From: an uncultured candidate division Zixibacteria bacterium
GTDB lineage: Bacteria > Zixibacteria > MSB-5A5 > UBA10806
Direction: 5' to 3'
Assembly (NCBI GenBank): GCA_963801605.1
Contig: CAWDFP010000006.1
Location: 576,001 to 640,000 of the forward strand
DNA: 64,000 nt
Shown here: piece after piece, positions 10,332 through 20,465 of the stretch
Layout: the number at the start of each line of letters is the position of its first letter
Position numbering within the stretch: position 1 is the stretch's first letter
Program-made: the position numbers and the translations under genes
The notes under the pieces: generated by a model
What the model was told of the DNA's origin: nothing
The model's input: the letters and a program-made list of their open reading frames with translations, nothing else
Databases searched by the model: none

Positions 10332-11405
10332 ATGGCTGACAATCTACAGCAAAAGAAAAAAGCTCTTGAAACCGCAGTCTCTTCAATCGAGCGGCAATTC
10401 GGTAAGGGAGCAATTATGCGGTTGGGAGACGGTGAACCGGCAGCCCGAATTCCATCGATTCCCACCGGCTCCATTGGCCTTGATATTGCGCTGGGTATTG
10501 GCGGTGTTCCCAGAGGACGTGTCGTCGAAATATTTGGACCGGAATCGTCGGGTAAAACAACTTTAGCCCTTCATATTCTGGCCGAGGCCCAAAAACTCGG
10601 CGGCGTTGGCGCGTTCATCGATGCCGAACATGCCATGGACCCCAATTACGCCAAGGCATTGGGGGTCGACACCGATAATCTGCTGGTAAGTCAGCCCGAC
10701 ACCGGAGAGCAGGCCCTTGATATTACCGAAACCCTGGTTCGTTCAGGCGCCATTGACATTATCGTTATCGATAGCGTAGCTGCCCTTACTCCCAAAGCCG
10801 AAATCGAAGGCGAGATGGGTGAAGCCCACATGGGCCTTCAGGCGCGTCTCATGTCTCAGGCTCTGAGAAAACTCACCGGCACGATTTCCAAATCAAAAAC
10901 CTGTGTGATTTTCATTAATCAGATAAGGATGAAAATTGGCGTGATGTTTGGAAATCCCGAAACAACCTCAGGTGGAAATGCCCTGAAGTTTTATGCTTCT
11001 ATCAGAATGGATATTAGAAAAATAGCATCACTCAAGGAAGGGGCCGATATAACTGGTTCGCGCACCCGCGTCAGGGTGGTTAAAAACAAGGTTGCGCCGC
11101 CGTTCCGTGAGGCAGAGTTTGATATCATATACGGCAAAGGCATCTCCCGCGAAGGCGAAATCGTCGATCTTGGAGCACAGCACGGTATTCTTGAAAAATC
11201 AGGCACCTGGTATTCCTTCGGCGAAGAGCGTCTTGGCCAGGGACGCGATAATTCCAAGGCATACATGATGGAAAATCCTCGTATCCTGAAGGCAATTGAA
11301 GAGCAGATCCGTCAGAAATTGGGAATCGATAATACGCCTAAGGTTGAGGAAGTTGCGCCAGTTGAAGAGGAGACCCCAAAGCATAAAGAGAAAGCGAAGA
11401 AGTAA
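10332..11405 (+). CDS. recA: Recombinase A
   Basis: [37 protein letters not shown]. Confidence 0.99.
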   Translation: MADNLQQKKKALETAVSSIERQFGKGAIMRLGDGEPAARIPSIPTGSIGLDIALGIGGVPRGRVVEIFGPESSGKTTLALHILAEAQKLGGVGAFIDAEHAMDPNYAKALGVDTDNLLVSQPDTGEQALDITETLVRSGAIDIIVIDSVAALTPKAEIEGEMGEAHMGLQARLMSQALRKLTGTISKSKTCVIFINQIRMKIGVMFGNPETTSGGNALKFYASIRMDIRKIASLKEGADITGSRTRVRVVKNKVAPPFREAEFDIIYGKGISREGEIVDLGAQHGILEKSGTWYSFGEERLGQGRDNSKAYMMENPRILKAIEEQIRQKLGIDNTPKVEEVAPVEEETPKHKEKAKK

Positions 11406-11419
11406 CGCCTGGTTTCGAG

Positions 11420-12070
11420 GTGAATAGCTACGTTATATTAAGCCTTGAGGCGACAAAGCCCAAAGGGTGGTTTGAACTTTCAGTCGAAGGCAAGCCACCT
11501 TTTCTCGTTGATAGCGAATCCGTTTTTCGGCATTCGCTGAAAGCTGGAGATGAACTCTCTGAGGAAAAGGTTCGAAAAGTACAAACCGAGGCCGATCTCG
11601 CCTGGCTTAAATCTAAAGCGATGGCAATCCTATCGCGTCGGATGATCTCAGAACGTGATCTTCGCCGTAAACTTACTGAGGAGGGCAGGCCAACGGCCGC
11701 GCGAGACGATGTTATCTTTCAGCTAAAGCGCTACGGATTTATTGATGATGCCAAATTCGCCGCCAGTTTCATAAGGACGCAATTAACTCATGGCCCAAAA
11801 TCGAAACTTTATCTAAAAAACAAGCTCCGCGAAAAAGGGATTAACGACGAAATCTCTAATCAGGCCATCGAGGCCGAATTCGGAAGTATAGATGAGGTCG
11901 CCGCTGTCAAGAAGATGGCAGAAAAAAAATATAAAACGGTCAGGACTTTACCGCCTCAGAAGGCCAGGCTTCGCGTCATAAATTTTCTTCGCAGCCGCGG
12001 TTTTTCCTGGGAGATAATCAGAAAAGCCATCGCCGATATTATCCCCGATCACAACGAATCAACGGATTAA
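11420..12070 (+). CDS. recX: Regulatory protein RecX
   Basis: Directly after recA; LSRR..SE..LRRKL, GFIDDAKFA, FLRSRGF. Confidence 0.9.
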   Translation: MNSYVILSLEATKPKGWFELSVEGKPPFLVDSESVFRHSLKAGDELSEEKVRKVQTEADLAWLKSKAMAILSRRMISERDLRRKLTEEGRPTAARDDVIFQLKRYGFIDDAKFAASFIRTQLTHGPKSKLYLKNKLREKGINDEISNQAIEAEFGSIDEVAAVKKMAEKKYKTVRTLPPQKARLRVINFLRSRGFSWEIIRKAIADIIPDHNESTD

Positions 12071-12075
12071 TAATA

Positions 12076-12888
12076 ATGCCATTTTTCGATGCCGGCGATG
12101 CCGCCATTTATTATGAAATAGAGGGCCGGGGGGAAAGCCCTCTGATTCTTTTACATGGCTATGCCCTAAACGGTTTGATGTGGGAATTCCAAAGGCAGAC
12201 TTTTTCCCAAAATCATAAACTTATAACAGTCGATTTGCGCGGATTCGGTAAATCATCCTGTGGCCAAAACTGGTCTGGTGCAAAGATGGCCGAGGATGTT
12301 CAAGGGATTATAAAGTCTCTGGGTATTGCCGATGTGACTTTGCTTGGCTTTTCAATGAGCGGGCCGGTAGCGGTACGGCTGGCAATCCAAATACCTGAGA
12401 TCGTCACGCGTCTGATATTGGTTTCGTCAATCCTGCCATCAGCGGGTCATCCGAAATCCGCGGGGGAAACCAGGCTTCAGGAACGAGAACTGGCTGCGCT
12501 CGAAAACGGAGACGTGCCGGCTTGGGCCGATACAATCGGATTCTCTACCGGGCCATTGGTTGAGGGAATGTTTGAGAAGAACCCTGCAATTACTCCGCTT
12601 TGGGAGAGGATTATTGCGCGCCATCACCGCGATTATCTATTGTGCATGCTTCACGGCAGGCTAACAACAGTATCAAATATCGACTGGCGATCGCGATTGA
12701 TCGAAGTGCGCCAAAAGACGCTAGTCATTGCGGGCTCAAGCGATCATAAATTTATCGATGCCTCGCGCCATCTCGCAAGTGCAATTCCCGATGCGAAACT
12801 TGAAATCATCGAAGGCGCGGGACATATGGTAAATTTGGAGGCCCCCGAGGAATTTAATAAAGCGATAATTGAATTTATGGCTAAGTAA
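12076..12888 (+). CDS. Alpha/beta fold hydrolase
   Basis: LLHG, DLRGFGKS, GFSMS nucleophile elbow, GAGH. Confidence 0.9.
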   Translation: MPFFDAGDAAIYYEIEGRGESPLILLHGYALNGLMWEFQRQTFSQNHKLITVDLRGFGKSSCGQNWSGAKMAEDVQGIIKSLGIADVTLLGFSMSGPVAVRLAIQIPEIVTRLILVSSILPSAGHPKSAGETRLQERELAALENGDVPAWADTIGFSTGPLVEGMFEKNPAITPLWERIIARHHRDYLLCMLHGRLTTVSNIDWRSRLIEVRQKTLVIAGSSDHKFIDASRHLASAIPDAKLEIIEGAGHMVNLEAPEEFNKAIIEFMAK

Positions 12889-12941
12889 ATGGCAAATAGT
12901 ACGATTAAAGATTATTAAAAGTATTCTATTTTAAAACACAT

Positions 12942-12968
12942 AAGGCCGGTTGACTATTCACCGGCCTT
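12942..12968. terminator. Hairpin between convergent genes
   Basis: AAGGCCGGT/ACCGGCCTT inverted repeat. Confidence 0.55.
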
Positions 12969-13005
12969 GTTGTGTTGTGGCGTACTGGTAAGTAATTATC
13001 GATAG

Positions 13006-14094
13006 TTAGTCAAGCGCTACCCAGCGGAATGTATAATATCCCGAAACCGGCGTGCCGCCGATATCTTTATAGTAGGTAATTATCTGAAGCTTGTAATGAT
13101 GGCTTCCCGATCTAATCGCATAGACATGACTTTTGGATGACAAGATATGAGTGTTGCCATCATAGTTATACCAATTGGCCATGACCGAGCCAAGATTGTC
13201 AGGGAAATATGCCTGGGGAGCTGTTGGCGCACTATTGGTTTCGCTAAAATTAGTCGGGTCGGTCTGGTCCTGCCAGATTTCATAGGTGCCGCAGGCACCG
13301 GGGCCAAACACCGTTGAGTTTTGATGAATGTCATAATTTGTGAATGCCAGATCCCAATCAGTGGAGGTTCTCGGATCCGCGGGAGTGACGACCGATCCCG
13401 TTGAAAAATCGACATATATCGGACCGCCGCCGGCAGCGTCGAATCTTAGTGTGTCCGGTGCTCCGGAGAATGTCGGGGAGCTTCCCGAATATATATAAAG
13501 AATTGTGATCATTCCCATATTGGGCGGCATACCGGGATTATCGATTGCATGGATTTGGAATTTAACGTAATTCCCGGTGGCATCTTTCATGATATATACA
13601 TAATTGGTGGCGGCCAGGCTGTGTCTGATTGGATCATAGGTATACCATTCATTGATTACCAGACTATAAGAATCACTGGCCCAAGTGGAATCCGCCAGCG
13701 TGGTGGGATCATTAAAGCCCATAAAGTTGGTGGAATCCATTCGCCCCATTGCAGCCAGGTCGACAGCCTCGGCATGGCCCGGCCCTGAAACTCCACCATC
13801 GAGAATTATGCCCGATCGCTTGAACGCGATATTCCAACTGCTGTCAATTGCGGCTTGATTCGAAGTAAGCATTACCGTGTCTTTGCGGGCAAAACCGTAG
13901 TAAACATATTCGGATGTGCTCGTAGCATTTAGCGTGGTTTCCCAGTATCCCCCGCTATTCCACGTTGTCGTCGAAGTCCCCGTGGTATCGTTGGGATTGG
14001 GAATACTGCTGGTTGGCTTGTCCTTTGAGCAGCCCCCGACGATGATCGCGGCGCAGAGTGCCGCCAGAATAAAGAACGTGCGTAATTTCATCAA
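13006..14094 (-). CDS. HmuY family heme-binding lipoprotein with two tandem HmuY-like domains
   Basis: Lipobox IVGGC; repeated W(N/D)(I/L)AF..GPG and WY.YD...H.L....VY........K(F/L)QI; next to a TonB receptor. Confidence 0.8.
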   Translation of the reverse strand: MMKLRTFFILAALCAAIIVGGCSKDKPTSSIPNPNDTTGTSTTTWNSGGYWETTLNATSTSEYVYYGFARKDTVMLTSNQAAIDSSWNIAFKRSGIILDGGVSGPGHAEAVDLAAMGRMDSTNFMGFNDPTTLADSTWASDSYSLVINEWYTYDPIRHSLAATNYVYIMKDATGNYVKFQIHAIDNPGMPPNMGMITILYIYSGSSPTFSGAPDTLRFDAAGGGPIYVDFSTGSVVTPADPRTSTDWDLAFTNYDIHQNSTVFGPGACGTYEIWQDQTDPTNFSETNSAPTAPQAYFPDNLGSVMANWYNYDGNTHILSSKSHVYAIRSGSHHYKLQIITYYKDIGGTPVSGYYTFRWVALD

Positions 14095-14104
14095 TTACTC
14101 CTTT

Positions 14105-16303
14105 TTAGTCGATCTGGTTCGACTGGCCGTCAGCGGCCCCGTTGAATAGATTAATCCTAAAACCGACAGTAAATGACCGCGGCGGCCAGTAACCGTAGGT
14201 TGCATTGACTTTGTTTGCCAGGTTTTCCACACGGAAATAACCCTCGAACGCTTTGTAGAACCTTTTATATAAATTGAGATTCAATACAATCAGCTTGGGC
14301 GCATAAATTTTAGAAATCCGGTCCGGCGTATCGCCCTCGGATGTCCAGAGTTTACGGTCGTGATAAGTGCCCCAAAATGTCAGGCCGGCGCCCAATTGCG
14401 GAACACTAAAAGTATTGGTGAATTTAGCGGTATGCTGGGGACGGTTGATAAGATCGGTATGATCTGTCAGGTTTTTGGCGAGAAGATACATATACGAAAA
14501 TGAAAAATCCCACCCGGTGCAAACTTTAACTTTCGATTCCCATTCCAATCCCTGGGTGCGGGCCTTAACGATATTTTGATATTTATAAACACCGCGCCAA
14601 TAGGTTGGAGTAAACTCCACCAGATTGAAATCTATGAGATTATTAAGATCGTTTCTGAAAAAAGTCAGTCGGTGTAAGCCTCGCCGGCTGTAACTATATT
14701 CCACCGTTGTGGAGTAATTGTTGCTTTGCTCCGGATTGAGGGCGCCTCCGCCGCCGTATACGATATATCCGGCGGCGGAATGATCGAATATGAAATAAAG
14801 CTCTTTGATCGACGGCGCCCGAAAACCTCGACTGGCGGTCCCGCGAAATGTCAATCGATCGCTTGGAGACCATTTCAAATTCAGGCTGGGATTGATATGA
14901 TTACCGTAGGTTTGATGACGTTCCCAGCGGATGCCGGGAAGGATAGTAAAATCTTTAAGCGGTATAATTTCGGCTTGCATATATAGATCGCCAAAATCTA
15001 CCGTCTTTTTATTTCCGATGATTTGAGATGAATTGAGACCGGCATATGACAGATCGAGGCCCGATGTCACAATGAGATTCTTCGATAGAGTATGATTGGC
15101 CTGAAAGGAACCATCGACAATATAATCCTTGGTAAGGGAGCTGTCGTTTTCCACTCCTGCTCTCGTGAACTTTGACCAATCATGATTATAGTAAGAACCA
15201 TGCAATGAAGCCTCGAATACCGTTTTGGGGCTGGCCATATACCTATGCGTGGTCCCAATATCGTAGCGATTGTTCCATTCGTAATCATCATAAATAAAAG
15301 TCTTTTGAAGCGGCTCGAACCATTCCGATTCAATCCACTGTTTTCGCTCGTGCATATACCCGAGGGTAAGCTCATTATAAAATGACTCTTTGGAGTTCAG
15401 GCTTATCTTGGTACTTAGATTGTATCTTTTAATAGCTTCCAAGCCATTGGTATGAGGCGTACTTTTATCAAGATCAAATCCCGCCGTCTCTTCATGTTTA
15501 CCCGAAAACAGAAATCCATATTTGGGGCTCTTCGTTTCGAATTGGAATTCCGGATCGAACGATCTAAATGAACCATATTCAATCGACGATTCCAGGCTTT
15601 TACTCTGAGTCGGTTTTTTGGTGATGATGTTGATCACTCCACCCAGAGCGTCCGAGCCGTATAGAGTTGAACCTGAGCCTTTGACAATCTCGATGCGGTC
15701 AACATCGGAAAGCGAAATTTGTCCGAGATCGACCGAACCGCGCACCTGTCCTATCACGCGGTGGCCATCAATTAGAATTAACACTCTCGAGGGATCAACG
15801 CCTCTTATGGTGGCGCCTTTACCGGAGAGATCATCGTCAACAGTGACTCCCACATGCGAACTTAGCGCCTGATCAACAGTTAACGCGCCGGTGGCAATCA
15901 TATCCTCTCTGTTGATGACCTCGGTGGTGATGGGTACGTCTTTCAGGATATGCGGGGTACGAGTGGCCGTCACGACGATTTTATCGAGTTCCCAGGGGGC
16001 TTCATCTAAGGCTACGCTTAAGACCTGCTGACCATCCTGAGGTAGGATAATTTTTCGGGCAGCCTTTTTAAATCCGATTAATTGAATATTTATTGCATAT
16101 TCTCCTGCCGGTAGATTTTTTATTATAAAGCTTCCATCAGAACCGGCGGCGGCGCCATACTTTGTACCGCTTATGGCAACCCGCGCTCCGGGAAGCACCA
16201 TACCTGTTTGGGCGTCGGTAATCGTTCCCGTGATATCACCCGCAACTGCAATCCTACAGATAAGGGCGGCGAGAATAAAAAGCCAGATAGTTTTTGTCCT
16301 CAC
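14105..16303 (-). CDS. TonB-dependent receptor with N-terminal carboxypeptidase-regulatory-like domain (probable heme/iron uptake)
   Basis: IVVTATRT, LILIDG, RIEIVKGSGSTLYGSDALGGVINIIT, GFRAPS. Likely GTG start at 16303 after RBS AGGGAG. Confidence 0.92.
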   Translation of the reverse strand: MRTKTIWLFILAALICRIAVAGDITGTITDAQTGMVLPGARVAISGTKYGAAAGSDGSFIIKNLPAGEYAINIQLIGFKKAARKIILPQDGQQVLSVALDEAPWELDKIVVTATRTPHILKDVPITTEVINREDMIATGALTVDQALSSHVGVTVDDDLSGKGATIRGVDPSRVLILIDGHRVIGQVRGSVDLGQISLSDVDRIEIVKGSGSTLYGSDALGGVINIITKKPTQSKSLESSIEYGSFRSFDPEFQFETKSPKYGFLFSGKHEETAGFDLDKSTPHTNGLEAIKRYNLSTKISLNSKESFYNELTLGYMHERKQWIESEWFEPLQKTFIYDDYEWNNRYDIGTTHRYMASPKTVFEASLHGSYYNHDWSKFTRAGVENDSSLTKDYIVDGSFQANHTLSKNLIVTSGLDLSYAGLNSSQIIGNKKTVDFGDLYMQAEIIPLKDFTILPGIRWERHQTYGNHINPSLNLKWSPSDRLTFRGTASRGFRAPSIKELYFIFDHSAAGYIVYGGGGALNPEQSNNYSTTVEYSYSRRGLHRLTFFRNDLNNLIDFNLVEFTPTYWRGVYKYQNIVKARTQGLEWESKVKVCTGWDFSFSYMYLLAKNLTDHTDLINRPQHTAKFTNTFSVPQLGAGLTFWGTYHDRKLWTSEGDTPDRISKIYAPKLIVLNLNLYKRFYKAFEGYFRVENLANKVNATYGYWPPRSFTVGFRINLFNGAADGQSNQID

Positions 16304-16414
16304 CCATGTCTCCCTGTTAAAAGGTGCCCCATCGTTGTGAAAAAAATCCCAATTCCGCATCACGCGGCAATAGTAAAAAACCCCCCTAATGGGGGGTATG
16401 ATATAGATCATAAA

Positions 16415-16433
16415 AACAGTAATTATTATCGTT
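16415..16433 (-). promoter_or_regulatory. Fur-box-like AT-rich 9-1-9 palindrome upstream of the TonB receptor
   Basis: Minus strand AACGATAAT-A-ATTACTGTT contains GATAAT; imperfect inverted repeat. Confidence 0.4.
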
Positions 16434-16451
16434 TACATGACATTTGTCATA

Positions 16452-17126
16452 TCAACTGATCGCATATTTGAGCAGCTGGATCGCTTTTGAATATCCATGA
16501 ATAAGCGAGTTCGAGAAAAAGGGTAATCCCATCACATATTCCTCGATCTGCGCTGCCCCACAGAGCTTGGAAAGATTTATCGGGGTGAAATCGCCTGCAA
16601 CCACCGTTCCCAGAGAAAGCCGTCCCGCGAGATTCGTAAGTTTCGACACTTTGCTTAGTTCGTCGAGCTGGGCATTAACAGTTTTGGCCGAACAGTATGG
16701 CTCACAGTTTAAAATGATATAATCGCATTTGAGTCGGGCAGCTTCTTTGACTTGATCGATATCAAGCGGAATTTCCAGGCCCACCAAAATGTTTTCAACC
16801 TGAAGATTCGTGATGGCAGTCCCCAACGCTTCTTTTTTATCCTGCGAAAATTTCATTAACGCCATTCCGGGTTTTAAATCCCTGGCGGCCTCAAGCGATC
16901 TCGCATCGCAGCCGCATCTGAGCGCCAGAGCGATATCGAGACTTTCAATAAGAAGCGATGCGGTTTTGCGCCGTCTCTGGTCAAGCTCTTTGCCCAATCC
17001 GAAAATAACTCCGTCAGCCCCGGCGATCTCGCATGCCAAGGCATTCTTGACCACCGACTTTACCATATCGGAACCATCCGAATAGAGATTTGCCAGCGGT
17101 TCCAAATCAATTGTTATTCTTGCCAT
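16452..17126 (-). CDS. PdxJ (pyridoxine 5'-phosphate synthase)-fold protein lacking the catalytic residues
   Basis: Colinear with PdxJ (EIAGADG, DQVKEAA, YCSAKT..Q.DEL) but the DH, HLREDRRH, TTEGG, AGHG and IGH motifs are absent. Confidence 0.7.
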   Translation of the reverse strand: MARITIDLEPLANLYSDGSDMVKSVVKNALACEIAGADGVIFGLGKELDQRRRKTASLLIESLDIALALRCGCDARSLEAARDLKPGMALMKFSQDKKEALGTAITNLQVENILVGLEIPLDIDQVKEAARLKCDYIILNCEPYCSAKTVNAQLDELSKVSKLTNLAGRLSLGTVVAGDFTPINLSKLCGAAQIEEYVMGLPFFSNSLIHGYSKAIQLLKYAIS

Positions 17127-17197
17127 GCCGCCAAGATTAAGGGATAACCTCTTTCATGTCAAGAAAGCTTTGCGAAATTTCTATAAATGATTTCGAA

Positions 17198-18703
17198 TTA
17201 TTTCTTTTTGGAAAGCCGCCCGACGATCTGGGTAAGATCAAATAAATTTTTTGATACCGAATCTGTTAACATGGCAGGATCAAGCCGCCATTCCCAATTT
17301 CCGCGGGGGGTTGATGGTGTATTCATGCGGGCTTCGGCACCCAAACCAAGGATATCCTGAATTGGGATGATGATTCTATCTGCAACCGATAGCATCGCCA
17401 TGCGAACGAACACCTCGTGTACGTATTGAGCCTTAATTTCGAAACCAAGGTATCGGTTGAGGCTGTCTTTCTCGATTGGTGTGGCGTCTTGTTCGTACCA
17501 GCCCTTGACGGTGTTATTGTCATGCGTACCAGTATACACAACACAGTTCTTGACATGATTATGGGGAGCGTAGGGATTTTCAGGCAAACCCTCGCCGAAA
17601 GCGAAGAGCAGCACTCTCATGCCGGGAATGGCAAGCCTTTCAATAAGTTCCTTTACGTCGGGTGTGATGATGCCCAGGTCTTCTGCAATTATAGGCGACA
17701 GCGGACAGTTTTCGTTAAGCCTGGCAAAAAACTCATCCACCGGAACGCTCATCCATTTGCCATTGACCGCGGTTTTCTCTCCGGCGGGGATTTCCCAATA
17801 GCCAAGTAGCCCGCGAAAATGATCGATACGTAATAAATCAAAAAGCTTAAGATTGTGCGAGATGCGCTTAACCCACCAATCAAAATTTCGTTTCTTAAGA
17901 TTTTCCCAATTATATACGGGATTTCCCCAGAGCTGTCCGGTTTTACTGAAGTAGTCAGGCGGCACACCCGCGACAAAGAGGGGCTTTTTCTCATCATCTA
18001 ACTTGAAGATTTCCTGATGAGCCCAGAGATCGGCGCTTTGAAAACTCATATAGATGGGGAGATCTCCCATTATTTCGATATTGTGATCGTTGGCATATTT
18101 TTTCAGCGCTTGCCATTGCCCATAGAAGAGAAACTGCAGGAATCTATACTTTTCAAGCTGTTCCGATAATATGCCTTGGTAGTAAACCAGTGCTTCGGGT
18201 TTGCGATCTCTGATATCTTCCGGCCATTGTCCCCAGCTATTATCATGGAAAAAGCTTTTCAGCGCTGTAAAAAGCGCAAAATCGTCGAGCCAATAAGCGC
18301 TATCCTGGCAGAACGAGTCAAATTCAACTCTATCGGATCGTTGCCTGAAAGTCTGGAAAGCCTCCTCGAAGATTAGGTTTTTAATCTTGATTGCTTCGCC
18401 AAAGTCGACGCGGTTTTTGGGGAAGTTATTTACGGAGGGGAATTCCTTTATCCAGCCCTGACGAACCAAAAACTCGGGGCTAATGAGAAGGGTATTTCCA
18501 GCAAAGGCCGACGAGCTACTATAGGGCGAGTTGCCCTCGCCCGGGCTGGGAGGATTTAACGGCAGAACCTGCCAGATGCATTGCCCGGCTCGCTCCAAAA
18601 AATCAGCAAATTCATAAGCTCCCGGCCCGAGATTCCCGATAGAATCGTCGCCGGGTAAAGATGTGATATGAAGCAGAATGCCGCTGGCCCTGTGGTGTGT
18701 CAT
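17198..18703 (-). CDS. malQ: 4-alpha-glucanotransferase (amylomaltase, GH77)
   Basis: SGILLHITSLP, GVPPDYFS.TGQLWGNP, RIDHFRG, AEDLG, YTGTHDN. Confidence 0.97.
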   Translation of the reverse strand: MTHHRASGILLHITSLPGDDSIGNLGPGAYEFADFLERAGQCIWQVLPLNPPSPGEGNSPYSSSSAFAGNTLLISPEFLVRQGWIKEFPSVNNFPKNRVDFGEAIKIKNLIFEEAFQTFRQRSDRVEFDSFCQDSAYWLDDFALFTALKSFFHDNSWGQWPEDIRDRKPEALVYYQGILSEQLEKYRFLQFLFYGQWQALKKYANDHNIEIMGDLPIYMSFQSADLWAHQEIFKLDDEKKPLFVAGVPPDYFSKTGQLWGNPVYNWENLKKRNFDWWVKRISHNLKLFDLLRIDHFRGLLGYWEIPAGEKTAVNGKWMSVPVDEFFARLNENCPLSPIIAEDLGIITPDVKELIERLAIPGMRVLLFAFGEGLPENPYAPHNHVKNCVVYTGTHDNNTVKGWYEQDATPIEKDSLNRYLGFEIKAQYVHEVFVRMAMLSVADRIIIPIQDILGLGAEARMNTPSTPRGNWEWRLDPAMLTDSVSKNLFDLTQIVGRLSKKK

Positions 18704-18895
18704 AGAAAGGTTATCGGATTATTCCGGCAAGGAATTATCAAATATAGCCTATTGATATTGAAATCATCAAGTTATTAGAGGGCGTATATCGATAATCATG
18801 ATCAGAAAATGATGATCCGCACAAAATCGCATTGCCTTCACAGGCGTGCTAAAATTATGGCCGCCGGGGAATACCCGTATATTAAAGGTTATTTC

Positions 18896-19114
18896 TTAAC
18901 CCTCACGCTCTTTGACGGCAAGCGAAACGTATACTTTCCCCGCCTTGGTGCGATAACTAATCTTATCCTCGCGAGCCAGCCAACCCAATGCCTGGTAAGT
19001 GATGTCGCTTTTTAGTTTCAACATCCGAGGCAGTTGCTCCAGGCCGACTTCATCTTTGGCGGATAATGTCTCCCAGACTCGTCCTGCGGCCTCGCCAATT
19101 TTCGATTTCATCAT
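18896..19114 (-). CDS. Small winged-helix protein (DUF2582-like)
   Basis: IGEAAGRVW..L and ALGWLAREDKI signatures. Confidence 0.85.
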   Translation of the reverse strand: MMKSKIGEAAGRVWETLSAKDEVGLEQLPRMLKLKSDITYQALGWLAREDKISYRTKAGKVYVSLAVKEREG

Positions 19115-19650
19115 ATATTAGTTCCTTTCAAAGCTCAGGGCTAATTCCCCCAATCAATATTTTATGCTCTGCTAACGCTAGTTAACCTATTTGAAAATTT
19201 ATCTCTTTGTCAATTTGGAGTCAAGTTAAATTGCTGTTAATTATCAGTAAGGGTAATCCTAATTCCACGGGTTGGATCGAATAAAGAAATAATTTACCTC
19301 CCCAGTTTGTAGTATAAAATTTTCAGCTAAGCTTTTTTTGAGTTCAAAGCTATGTTTGGAAAAGGCATCCGCAAAACTCTAGGCCTACTTTTGTTAATAA
19401 TAGTATTCCGTATCTTTTGAAAGATTTTCACTCAGCACAATTGATTTCAGGTCCATTATTGGTTAGTGTTGAGAGTAGTTCTCAATAAATTTTGTTTCTA
19501 ATGATGGAACTATTGCCTTATTAAAGAGTTGTTTGGCTATCTGAAAAAATAAAACTATCTATTCCCGCTCGATATTTTTGCTCCACATTTCGGGTTTTTA
19601 TTCGATATTTTTCTCTTGACTCCACGCACAAAGTGCCCTTATTTGTATTT

Positions 19651-19668
19651 TTGTGAATCAGTTCACAA
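19651..19668. promoter_or_regulatory. Rex operator (autoregulatory)
   Basis: TTGTGAA-TCAG-TTCACAA, a perfect match to the Rex consensus, just upstream of rex. Confidence 0.88.
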
Positions 19669-19686
19669 TAGCCTAAACAAGGAGCG

Positions 19687-20349
19687 ATGCCATTGCTTAT
19701 TAAAAAGTCAATGCGAAAAATATCTAATTCGACTATCCATCGGTTGTCGATTTACTACCGGGCGTTATTGGGTTTGGAACGCGAAGGCTACGAAACCATC
19801 TCCTCAAAGGAGTTAGCCCGTCGAGAGAAACTCACACCGGCCCAGGTTAGAAAGGACCTCTCATTTTTTGGCAGTTTCGGGACGCGCGGCCTGGGGTATC
19901 CGGTCAAGGAGTTGAAAGAACGGATAGCAGAAATCCTCGGCCTAAATAAGCTCTGGAACGTGGCAATGGTGGGAGTGGGAAATATCGGATCGGCGCTGGT
20001 GAGCTATAAGGAGTTTGCCAAACAAGGCTTTATAATCAAACTCCTGTTCGATAATGATCAGCGTAAAATCGGTTCCAATCACAAAGGAATCATCATTAAT
20101 GATGTCGCTGGCATAAAGCAAATGCTCAAAGAGCAGGAGATTCAGATCGTAATCTTCACAGTGCCGGCGGCAGTGGCTCAAAAGGTATGCGACGACGTAG
20201 TCGAGGCTGGAGTCAAGGCGATTCTAAATTTCGCACCGGTAAACCTTAAAGTACCGGAAGATGTTGTGCTTCTGAACGAGAACATGTCGATCGAGCTTGA
20301 GCATTTGTCCTTTTCGCTGACTAATAAGAATATGGTGCTCTCAGATTAA
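19687..20349 (+). CDS. rex: Redox-sensing transcriptional repressor Rex (alternative start 19711)
   Basis: RLSIYYR, QVRKDLSFFGSFGTRGLGY, VGVGNIGSAL, ILNFAP. Confidence 0.96.
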   Translation: MPLLIKKSMRKISNSTIHRLSIYYRALLGLEREGYETISSKELARREKLTPAQVRKDLSFFGSFGTRGLGYPVKELKERIAEILGLNKLWNVAMVGVGNIGSALVSYKEFAKQGFIIKLLFDNDQRKIGSNHKGIIINDVAGIKQMLKEQEIQIVIFTVPAAVAQKVCDDVVEAGVKAILNFAPVNLKVPEDVVLLNENMSIELEHLSFSLTNKNMVLSD

Positions 20350-20465
20350 GGATTTGATAAAACACTCACGTGTGCAACGCGATGCACAGCCGTAAATTAT
20401 TTTATTTTTGCGAGAAATAGATTTTATCTTGACAAGCCGGGGGCCGATTAAGTTAATATAGGTAT

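Noticed and set aside
16304..16411. N-terminal extension of the TonB receptor to 16411
   Set aside because: The RBS and signal peptide fit a GTG start at 16303; the upstream part looks like promoter and leader.
19115..19615. 500-bp AT-rich intergenic region as an ncRNA or origin
   Set aside because: I saw no stable structure, DnaA-box cluster or repeat; it fits divergent promoters.
20370..20389. TGTGCA-N6-TGCACA as a second Rex or Crp site
   Set aside because: The spacing is 2 bp longer than the Rex/Crp geometry.
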